Positions 29,644 through 37,463 of a stretch of DNA of 64,000 nucleotides are shown in pieces. Below the pieces are notes generated by a model. That model was given only the letters and a program-made list of their open reading frames with translations, had not been told where the DNA came from and searched no databases. The stretch's first letter is position 1, and every line of letters begins with the position of its first letter. The translations under genes and the position numbers were made by a program. The stretch is from Candidatus Eiseniibacteriota bacterium (GTDB taxonomy: Bacteria > Eisenbacteria > RBG-16-71-46), in assembly GCA_963725865.1 (NCBI GenBank), contig CAVSAC010000012.1, positions 1,056,001 to 1,120,000 of the forward strand, given 5' to 3'.

Positions 29644-31080
29644 TCATCCGTTCGTGTCGCTTCCGAACTGGCGGGCGGCCGGTTCGCTGGCGCCGCAGGG
29701 CGGCTCGTCGGCGGGCGGCTCGGCGGCGCGCCCGAAGTTGGGAAGGATGCCGGCGCGGCCGGCGCGCAGGTCGTCGAGCGCGAACAGCGCGGCGCCGCGC
29801 GCGCCCATGTAGATCGAATCGGCGTGGGTGTGCAGCGTGATGTCGTCGCCGTAGTGCTGGCGCACCAGCTCCTCGAGGATGCGAGTCGCCATCGGGTTCT
29901 TGCACACGCCGCCGGTGAACGTGAAGGCGTTCTCGATCCCGCCCGAGCGCGCGAGCAGCGACATCGCGCGCAGCATCATCGCGCGATGGAGTCCCGCGAG
30001 GATGTCGGAGCGGCTCTGCCCGAGCGCCAGCCGGTCGCGCAGCTCGGCGCCGGCGAACACCGTGCAGGTGGAGTTCACGCGCACCATCTTGCGGGCCTGC
30101 AACGCGAGCGGCCCCAGCTCGTGGAGGCCGAGGTTGAGCTCGTCGGCGATGTAGCCGAGGTAGCGCCCGCAGCCCGCCGCGCAGCGGTCGTTCATCTGGA
30201 ACGAGGTCACCACCCCCAGCTCGTTCACCTGGATCGCCTTGGTGTCCTGGCCGCCGATGTCGAGCACCGTGCGGGTGTCGGGGAACGAGTCGTGCGCGCC
30301 GCGGCCGTGGCAGAGGATCTCGCTGCGCACCGAGTCCTTGGGGAACGGCAGCGTCTGGCGCCCGTAACCGGTGCCCACGAACGCGGTCTCGTCGATCCGC
30401 GCGTCGGCGGCCTCGGTCAGCAGATGCTCGAGGGTCGCGCGCGCCGCGGCGCGGCGCGGCTCCGACGCGGGCGCGATACGCTCGAGGGCGCGGCGCATGA
30501 GCGCCGAGAAGGCCGGGCGGCGGAAGCGCACCTCGACGTCGAGGATCGCGCGGTCGAACAGCCCCACCAGGCGATCGAACGGGACGGCGCCGCCCGCGCT
30601 CACGCGCTCGGCACCGGCCATGAACGCGGCCGCGGCGAGGTCGCGGAAGAAGTCGCTCTTGCGCGGGGAGTCGCCGAGGAACAGCCCGGGCGCCTCGCGC
30701 TCCATCGCATCGAGCACCTCGCGGGCGGCGGGCTCGAGAGTCGCCCGCAGCGGACCCACCGCCGGATGCGCGAGGTGGCGCATCACCGCCTCGCGCAGCT
30801 CGGCCAGCTCCTCGAGGTACATCTCGAGCCGCAGCGCCTCGAACAGCAGGGGAGCCAGCGTGCGCGCCGCCTCCGCGCCCTCGCCCGCGAGTGCGGCGAT
30901 CGCGCGCTCGAGCAGGCTGCGCCGCGCCGACAGCAGCGCCTCCTCGTGGGCCACCGCGCACGCCACCTCGTAGTTGCTGCGGCTGTTCGTGATCCCCTGG
31001 CCGAGGATCGCGCCCTGCTCGTCCATCAGGACGGCCTTGGTGGTGGTGGAGCCCAGGTCGATGCCGACGACGCACCTCAT
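29644..31080 (-). CDS. bcrA: Benzoyl-CoA reductase subunit A (ATP-binding)
   Basis: GIDLGSTTTKAV, TNSRSNY, RKSDFFRD, GTGYGR, SEILCHG, DIGGQDTK, MNDRCAAGCGR. Confidence 0.93.
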   Translation of the reverse strand: MRCVVGIDLGSTTTKAVLMDEQGAILGQGITNSRSNYEVACAVAHEEALLSARRSLLERAIAALAGEGAEAARTLAPLLFEALRLEMYLEELAELREAVMRHLAHPAVGPLRATLEPAAREVLDAMEREAPGLFLGDSPRKSDFFRDLAAAAFMAGAERVSAGGAVPFDRLVGLFDRAILDVEVRFRRPAFSALMRRALERIAPASEPRRAAARATLEHLLTEAADARIDETAFVGTGYGRQTLPFPKDSVRSEILCHGRGAHDSFPDTRTVLDIGGQDTKAIQVNELGVVTSFQMNDRCAAGCGRYLGYIADELNLGLHELGPLALQARKMVRVNSTCTVFAGAELRDRLALGQSRSDILAGLHRAMMLRAMSLLARSGGIENAFTFTGGVCKNPMATRILEELVRQHYGDDITLHTHADSIYMGARGAALFALDDLRAGRAGILPNFGRAAEPPADEPPCGASEPAARQFGSDTNG

Positions 31081-32381
31081 GCGAAGCCTCCGTGGCGGCG
31101 CGCCTCGAGCATCTGCAGGTAGGACTGGATGCGGTTCTCGATGTTCGCCTTGCCGAAGTAGCGCGGGTCCACCAGGTCGGACTCGATGAAGCCGCCCGGC
31201 ACGCCGGTGCGCTTCTCCAGCTCGCGCAGCATCAGGAGCTGTCCGGCGCTGAAGGAATTGCACGACTTGACGCTGTTGATGATGAAGCCGTCGGCGTGAT
31301 AGTCGCGGATGTAGCGCTCCAGCAGCGCGACGCGTGACGGCAGGCCGAGGTTCGTGTAGCAGCCGAGGCAGTAGTCGGCGAGGCTCTCGAGCGGGTTGCG
31401 CGCGTCGTGCCGGAAGCCGGTGTCGTAGAGCCCGCCCACGCGCGTGTAGGTGCTCGCCACCACCACCGCGCCCTCGCGCGAGAACATGCGCCAGAAATCG
31501 TTGAAGCTCGTCCAGTTCGGCGGACCCTCGACCACCAGTCGGTAGCGCTCCTCGCCGAGCGGACCATCGGGCGTGGTCGGCCCCTCGCCGCTCGCCATGC
31601 GCGCCTCGACCTCGGCGCGCAGCTCGCGGTAGTACGCCACCGCGTCCTCGGTGCCGCGGAACGCGCTGAAGATCGGCCCGATGTAGTACACGCCGCCGAA
31701 GTAGCCGTCGATCGGCGAGGGCCGGTGGCGCGCCGACTCCCAGACTGCGACCAGGTCGTCCTCGGCCGCGGCCGAGAGCGTCAGCCGGCGCGCCAGCTCG
31801 TCGAGGTCGAGCCGCCGGCCGGCCACGGCCTCGAGCGCGGGCACCACCTTGTCGCGCAGCTGCTCGACCACGTAGCGTCGCATCTCCGGGGTGATCACGC
31901 CGTCGGGCTGGTAGGGCACGTGGAGCATCACCACCGGACACTTGTACTGCTCGCGCAGCAGCTCGAACCACTTCATGAACGTGAAGCAGCCGGTGTAGGA
32001 GAGCAGCAGGATGTCGGGCTCCGGAATCCGGGTACCCGTGGGGCCGATGTTGCCGCTGCGGAGCATGCCGATGTCGCACTTCACGTAGGTGCAGACGTCC
32101 TCGGAGTGCCCGGCCTTCTCGGCCTCGGCGATGTAGCCGCCGGAGCGTCCCCGCATGCCGGACTGCAGCGCGTTGATCTCGGGCAGCACCGGCAGCATGC
32201 CGAGTGCCCCGATCATCTCGGTGAGGTTGCCCGGCACGAACGTGTACACCACCGGCCGGCCTTCCTCCTTCGCGCGCTCGAGCCGCTCGAAGTGCTCGGC
32301 GATCATCCGCTTCTGGCGGACCTGGCTGCGATCCTTCGCGGATTCGCCCAGCGGGGTCGTCGCGGGCGTGGGGGCGCTCAT
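31077..32381 (-). CDS. bcrB: Benzoyl-CoA reductase subunit B
   Basis: TFVPGNL, HSEDVCTYVK, SYTGCFTFMKW, CYTN, KSCNSFS, ESDLVDPRYF. Confidence 0.93.
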   Translation of the reverse strand: MSAPTPATTPLGESAKDRSQVRQKRMIAEHFERLERAKEEGRPVVYTFVPGNLTEMIGALGMLPVLPEINALQSGMRGRSGGYIAEAEKAGHSEDVCTYVKCDIGMLRSGNIGPTGTRIPEPDILLLSYTGCFTFMKWFELLREQYKCPVVMLHVPYQPDGVITPEMRRYVVEQLRDKVVPALEAVAGRRLDLDELARRLTLSAAAEDDLVAVWESARHRPSPIDGYFGGVYYIGPIFSAFRGTEDAVAYYRELRAEVEARMASGEGPTTPDGPLGEERYRLVVEGPPNWTSFNDFWRMFSREGAVVVASTYTRVGGLYDTGFRHDARNPLESLADYCLGCYTNLGLPSRVALLERYIRDYHADGFIINSVKSCNSFSAGQLLMLRELEKRTGVPGGFIESDLVDPRYFGKANIENRIQSYLQMLEARRHGGFA

Positions 32382-33583
32382 GGCTGGCCCTCCCAGAGTT
32401 TGACGGCGTCCGAGAACGCGCCGGCCTGCTCGCGGATGGTCTGGAACTGGCCGGTGTTCTCGGCGAATTTGAAACTGGTGTGGGGGATCCCGGCCGCGTC
32501 GAGCGCGGCCTCCAGCATCGGCTGGTCGAGCAGCGCGGGGTCGCAGAACGACGCCGCCGCGAATACCACGCCGTCCGCGCCGCAGGCCTTCACCTTCTCG
32601 ATCAGCGCCGCGCCCTTGACGCCCTCGGCGATGTAGCGCGACGCGGTCGCCGCGCCGTGCTCGAGGTAGCCGTGGGCCAGCGCCGCGAGTGGGTCGCCGC
32701 CGTCCGGCACTGCGATCGGCCGCTCGATCATGCGCAGCCCGAGCTGCAGGTCGTCGTCGAGGATGTCGCACCCGGCGCGCTCGAGGGTGCGGAGCAGCTC
32801 GATCGGCGGCTGCTCGCAGAACGAGCCGACCATCACCACGCGGGCGTTGTCGAACACCCGGGCGGGCCGCGTGGCGGCCGCGGCGAGGAACGCGTCGAGC
32901 AGGGCGGTGTGCTCGCGCGCCAGCATCAGCGTGCCCGCGCGCACCATCAGGTACGCCTCCGAGCAGCGTACCCGCCACGGCTCGCGGCGGCGCAGCGCAT
33001 CGAGCGCCGCGAGCCGCTCGCGGCGCGCGTTCTCGTCGTCGATCGAGGCACCCAGCGCGGCGGTGGTCAGCGGCCGCGCACCGCGTGCCTCGAGGTCGCG
33101 CGCGATGGTGCGCAGCTGCTCGAGATAGAAGCGGCCGCCCACCGCCAGGTCGAAGTCCTGCGGCAGGTCGAGGTAGAACGCGTAGCGCTCTGGGAACAGC
33201 ATGCGCCACATGCCGCCGAGATTGCGGATGACGTCGCAGATGGAGGGGAACAGCATGCCGTCGAACGCGTCGAGGTGGCCGTTGAGCGCCAGCTCCAGCG
33301 TGCTGCGCGGGATGTGGCACATGTAGGACTGGAAGTACGAGTCGCCGCGGATGATGTCGATCTGCGCGCCGGCACCGAACACGCCCACCGGCAGGCAGCC
33401 CAGCGCCTCGAGCAGTGGCCGCGGCGCGTAGATCGGCATGTGACCGATCGCGAGCGCGCCGGGATGGGCGGCCTTCCAGGCGCGCACCGACGCGAACGTG
33501 TGGTCCTCGACCTCGGCCATCGCGCGCTCGAGCAGCGGAGCGCACGGGTCGGGCGGTGCGTCGGCGGGGCGGACGGGATCCAT
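32378..33583 (-). CDS. bcrC: Benzoyl-CoA reductase subunit C
   Basis: IIRGDSYFQSYMCHIPRS, FPSICDVIRNL, FCEQPP, SFCDPALL, ENTGQ. Confidence 0.93.
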   Translation of the reverse strand: MDPVRPADAPPDPCAPLLERAMAEVEDHTFASVRAWKAAHPGALAIGHMPIYAPRPLLEALGCLPVGVFGAGAQIDIIRGDSYFQSYMCHIPRSTLELALNGHLDAFDGMLFPSICDVIRNLGGMWRMLFPERYAFYLDLPQDFDLAVGGRFYLEQLRTIARDLEARGARPLTTAALGASIDDENARRERLAALDALRRREPWRVRCSEAYLMVRAGTLMLAREHTALLDAFLAAAATRPARVFDNARVVMVGSFCEQPPIELLRTLERAGCDILDDDLQLGLRMIERPIAVPDGGDPLAALAHGYLEHGAATASRYIAEGVKGAALIEKVKACGADGVVFAAASFCDPALLDQPMLEAALDAAGIPHTSFKFAENTGQFQTIREQAGAFSDAVKLWEGQP

Positions 33584-33593
33584 GGCGGGTTCC

Positions 33594-34319
33594 TCAGTCG
33601 GACGGGCGCAGGTGGATGGGCGAGCGCACGGCGGTGCCTTCGACGTGGCGCTCGGTGGCCGACAGCGCGGCCCGCGCGGGGCCGCTGCCGCCGACGCCGA
33701 CCAGCGACATGCGGAGGATGGTGCGCGCCACCACCGGCGGCGTGTCGTGGCGCTCGGGCGAGTACCACGCGTAGACCCAGTTCAGCATGCCGAACACGTT
33801 GTAGGTCGCGCGGTCCAGCTCGGCGCCGTCGGCGGCGCGCCGCGGGTGCTTGCCGCCGCGCGGCGCGATCACGCCGCGCACCAGCGCGCGGCCGACCTGG
33901 AAGTAGCGCTCCTTGAGCGTGCGCACCGCGCGGCGGCGCTCGGGCGGCAGCTCGCCCGCCTCCTCGACCAGCACGCGCATGATGTCGCGGTGGCTGGCGA
34001 CGTAGCGCACGTGGCTGAGGATGAACGCGTGCAGCTTCGCCTCGGGGCGCCGCGGGTGCGCGACCACCTCCTCGGCCATGCCGATCAGGGTCTCGAACGC
34101 GCGGGTCTGGAGCGCGAACAGCAGGTCCTCCTTCGAGGCGAAGTAGTTGTAGAGGTTGGCGAGGCTCATGTCGGTGGTGGCTGCCAGGTCGCGCATCGAC
34201 ATGCCGTGGTAGCCGTGGGTGGCGAGCAGCCCGGCCGCGGCCTGCAGGATGTCGACGCGCCCCGCCTCCTTGAGTGCCCGTCGCGAGCCGGCCGCGCGGC
34301 GTCGCGCGCGCGGGCTCAC
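33594..34319 (-). CDS. TetR-family transcriptional regulator (KstR2-like C-terminus)
   Basis: ILQAAAGLL..HGYHGMSMRDLA....NLYNYFASKEDLL and FGMLNWVYAWY. Confidence 0.9.
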   Translation of the reverse strand: MSPRARRRAAGSRRALKEAGRVDILQAAAGLLATHGYHGMSMRDLAATTDMSLANLYNYFASKEDLLFALQTRAFETLIGMAEEVVAHPRRPEAKLHAFILSHVRYVASHRDIMRVLVEEAGELPPERRRAVRTLKERYFQVGRALVRGVIAPRGGKHPRRAADGAELDRATYNVFGMLNWVYAWYSPERHDTPPVVARTILRMSLVGVGGSGPARAALSATERHVEGTAVRSPIHLRPSD

Positions 34320-35119
34320 GCGTCCCTCCAGACCGGCGCGCGGCGGGCGAGGAAGGCGGCGATGCCCTCGTTGCCGTCGTGGCTCGGCAGCAGGCGCTCG
34401 AGATAGAGCCGTTCGGCGGCCCGCAGCGGAGCGTCGAGCGCGGCCAGCAGCCCGGAGCCCTCACGCGCCGCGCGGGTGGCCACGCGCAGCGAGAACGCCG
34501 ACAGCGGCGCGAGGCGCTCGCGGTACCACGCGAGCAGCGCGGCCTCGGGGTCGGTCCCCGCAGGGATCACGGTGGTCACCAGGCCCGCGCGCGCCATCGC
34601 CGCGGCGTCGAGGTCCTCGCCGGTGACCAGCATGCGCTCGGCGAGCGCGCCGCCGAGTCGCAGCGCGCCCGCGGCGGCGAGCACCGGCGGGAACACCCCG
34701 AGCTTGATCTCGGGGCAGCCGAAGCGCGCGTCGGCGGTGGCAAACACCAGGTGACAGGCGAGGACCACCTCGAACGCCCCGCCCAGGCAGCGACCCTCCA
34801 CGAGCGCCGCCACCGGCACCGGGAACGCGGCCAGCGCGCGCACGAACGCGTGGAACTCCGCCAGCAGCGTCGCGGCCTGCTCGGGCACGTGCTCCTCCAC
34901 CGCGGCGCCGAAGGAGAAGTGCCCGCCAGCGCCCCGCACGATCACCAGCCGCAGCTCGGGCAGCTCGCGGTGCGCGACGAGCGCCGCGCCGAGCTCGGAC
35001 ATCATGGCGCGCGAGAGGACGTTGCCCTTCGGTCGGTCGAGCGTCAGGCGCAGCACGGTGCCGCCCTCGATCCGCTCGGCGTGCACCAGCGGGTGGGGCA
35101 CCGGAAGCCGGGGGTTCAT
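34316..35119 (-). CDS. dch: Cyclohexa-1,5-diene-1-carbonyl-CoA hydratase
   Basis: Crotonase fold with PKGNVL, HFSFGAAVEEH, CLGGAFE, PEIKLGVF. Lies in the bcr cluster. Confidence 0.88.
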   Translation of the reverse strand: MNPRLPVPHPLVHAERIEGGTVLRLTLDRPKGNVLSRAMMSELGAALVAHRELPELRLVIVRGAGGHFSFGAAVEEHVPEQAATLLAEFHAFVRALAAFPVPVAALVEGRCLGGAFEVVLACHLVFATADARFGCPEIKLGVFPPVLAAAGALRLGGALAERMLVTGEDLDAAAMARAGLVTTVIPAGTDPEAALLAWYRERLAPLSAFSLRVATRAAREGSGLLAALDAPLRAAERLYLERLLPSHDGNEGIAAFLARRAPVWRDA

Positions 35120-35129
35120 CGCGCGCTCC

Positions 35130-36263
35130 TCATCGTTCCATCCGCGCGCGTGCCGACGGCGGCATCACGCGGCGGATGAGGTCCGCGTCGAACGGAGCGC
35201 CCTCGGCGTACGCGCGCCGCAGCTCCGCGAAGTCGATCTCGCGTTCGTCGCGGTCGCCGAAGTGGAACGCCGGGAAGCCGGCCGCTGCCTCGGTGTTCAT
35301 GTTGAGGGCGAGCCACGAACGATTGGTCTCGCTGTTGGCGTACCAGTGCTCGAGCTTCTTCTTGCGCAGGCTCTCGAGCGTCTTGCGCGTGCAGTCGGGG
35401 ACCGTGTCCAGGAGCCGCGTCACCATGCGGTCGACCGCGGCGTCCAGCAGTGCGAGGTCCACCGTACACGCGGCGGCCGCCGTCTTGGCGGCCCTCGCGT
35501 CCTCGCCGGTCTTCCACTCGCCGAGCACGATGCGGCCCATCGCGTCGGTCCAGCGGTCGGTGACCGCGAACGGATTGGGCAGCCATTCGCCGGAGGCACT
35601 GCGATGGACCGGCGCGATCTCGTTGATCAACCCCAGCCGCTGCGCCTTGTGCGCCGACCACGGCTCGCACAGCACCAGCGATTCGGCCGCCTTGGCGAAG
35701 CCCACGTACAGGTGCAGGAAGTCGGTGGAGCCGCCGTCGGGCGCCGAGCCGTGGATCGGGCCCGCCTGGCCGAAGCGCGCGTGGTCGCCGGCGATCGAGA
35801 AGTCGCACGCCATGCCGATCTCCTGCCCGCCGCCGATGCGCATGCCGTTGACGCGGCAGATCACCGGCTTGTCGCAGAGCAGGATGCTGGTGACCATGTC
35901 GTTGAACAGCCGCATGTACTGCAGGTACTCGAGCGGCCGCCCGGCGTAGTAGGTCGCGTACTCCTCGGTGTTGCCGCCGGTGCAGAAGGCGCGGGTCCCG
36001 ACCGCGGTGAACACCACCGCCACGCAGCGGCGGTCCATGCTCGCGCGCCGGAACGCGAGGATGATCTCCTTCACCGCGTCGGTGGTGTAGGAGTTGAGCT
36101 GCGGCTCGTTGTCGAGCGCGATCCAGATCTGGTGGAGCCCGGCGACCGGGCCGCCGTCGCGCGCGAGCACCGGGCGCTCCTCGTAGCGAATGGCGCCGAA
36201 GCGTCGCTCCGCGTCGAGCTCGTGGCTCTTCAGGGTGAGCGGGGTACGGGCGGTCTCGGGCAT
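35130..36263 (-). CDS. oah: 6-oxocyclohex-1-ene-1-carbonyl-CoA hydrolase
   Basis: NSYTT, FCTGGNTEEYA, YMRLFNDMV, GGGQEIGMACD, HGSAPDGG, WLALNM. Confidence 0.93.
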   Translation of the reverse strand: MPETARTPLTLKSHELDAERRFGAIRYEERPVLARDGGPVAGLHQIWIALDNEPQLNSYTTDAVKEIILAFRRASMDRRCVAVVFTAVGTRAFCTGGNTEEYATYYAGRPLEYLQYMRLFNDMVTSILLCDKPVICRVNGMRIGGGQEIGMACDFSIAGDHARFGQAGPIHGSAPDGGSTDFLHLYVGFAKAAESLVLCEPWSAHKAQRLGLINEIAPVHRSASGEWLPNPFAVTDRWTDAMGRIVLGEWKTGEDARAAKTAAAACTVDLALLDAAVDRMVTRLLDTVPDCTRKTLESLRKKKLEHWYANSETNRSWLALNMNTEAAAGFPAFHFGDRDEREIDFAELRRAYAEGAPFDADLIRRVMPPSARARMER

Positions 36264-36273
36264 CGTGCGCTCC

Positions 36274-37335
36274 CTAACGGCGAGGGTCGAGGACCATGCG
36301 GCGCTCCAGCCGGTGATGGGCGAGGGCGTCCAGCAGGTCGTTGATCGAGGACATCGGGGCGTGTTCGACGAAGGGCTCCAGCACCACGCGGCCGTCGGCG
36401 ATCAGACGCAGCACCTCGGGGTACTCCGCGGGCGGACAGCCCCAGGTGCCGTGCACCGTGGCGTCGAACGCCATCAGGTTGGACAACCGCAGCTCGACCG
36501 GCTGGATGGTGTAGCCGACCTGCACCAGCGTGGCGCCGCGCGCCAGCAGTCCGAACGCGAGCCCCTGGCCGGCCGGCGTGCCGCTGCACTCGAGGATGCG
36601 CCAGCGCAGCGAGGGCACGTCCCAGCCGCGCGCCAGCGCGTGCAGCTCCTTGCGCACGTCCTGCGGCCTGCGTTCGCGCACGTCGAGCGTGTGCTCGGCG
36701 CCGTGCGCCGCGAGCTGAGCCAGCCGCGCGGGCTGCACGTCGCAGACCGCCACGCGCGCGCCCAGCGCGCGAGCGATCTGGGTGACGAAGCCGCCCACGC
36801 CGCCGGCGCCCACCACGAACACCGCGTCGCCCGCCTGCACCTCGGCCCGGCGCAGCGCCTGGTACGCGGTCGAGACCGCGTCGGCCACCACCGACAGCAT
36901 GCGCACGTCGAAGCCCGGCGGCAGGCCGTCGAGCGGCACCAGCGGCGCGGCCGGCACCAGCAGGTGGGTGGCGAAGCCGCCGTGGACGTCGTTGCCGGGC
37001 ATCTTCTGGGATGGGCAGGCGTTTCCGCGACCCGCGCGGCAGAACGCGCAGGTGCCGCACGGGAGCACCGCGGGCACGATCACCCGGGTGCCCGGTGCGA
37101 GCGTCACGCCGTCGCCGACCACGGCGAGGGAGCCCACGACCTCGTGGCCGAGCACCAGCGGGAGGGGATGGTTGGGACGCACCGAGCCGTCGGCGAAACC
37201 GAGATCGGTGTGGCACAGGCCGCAGGCGAGCACCTCGACGATCGCCTCGCCCGGCCCGGGCGCCGGCAGCTCGAGCGCGCGCGCCACCAACGGCGACGCG
37301 GGCGCGTCGAGGAAGTAGGCCACGGCATCGCGCAT
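36274..37335 (-). CDS. had: 6-hydroxycyclohex-1-ene-1-carbonyl-CoA dehydrogenase (Zn-MDR)
   Basis: CGLCHTDLGF, LGHE, QKMPGND, RLSNLMAFD, WGC. Confidence 0.9.
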   Translation of the reverse strand: MRDAVAYFLDAPASPLVARALELPAPGPGEAIVEVLACGLCHTDLGFADGSVRPNHPLPLVLGHEVVGSLAVVGDGVTLAPGTRVIVPAVLPCGTCAFCRAGRGNACPSQKMPGNDVHGGFATHLLVPAAPLVPLDGLPPGFDVRMLSVVADAVSTAYQALRRAEVQAGDAVFVVGAGGVGGFVTQIARALGARVAVCDVQPARLAQLAAHGAEHTLDVRERRPQDVRKELHALARGWDVPSLRWRILECSGTPAGQGLAFGLLARGATLVQVGYTIQPVELRLSNLMAFDATVHGTWGCPPAEYPEVLRLIADGRVVLEPFVEHAPMSSINDLLDALAHHRLERRMVLDPRR

Positions 37336-37383
37336 GCGCGGACCTCACGGCATTAGGGAAGCTGGGGGCGTCCCGACCCGGGA

Positions 37384-37412
37384 ACATTAACGAACGATCG
37401 TTCGTTAATCAA
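37384..37412 (-). promoter_or_regulatory. Sigma-70 promoter of the had-oah-dch-tetR-bcr operon overlapped by a perfect 24-bp palindromic operator
   Basis: Minus strand TTGATT-N17-TAATGT. Palindrome ATTAACGAACGATCGTTCGTTAAT at 37386-37409. Confidence 0.8.
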
Positions 37413-37463
37413 GCGAGGACTCGCGGGCCCGGGGCGGGACCGCAGGTCCTCGGTGTCCCGCGG

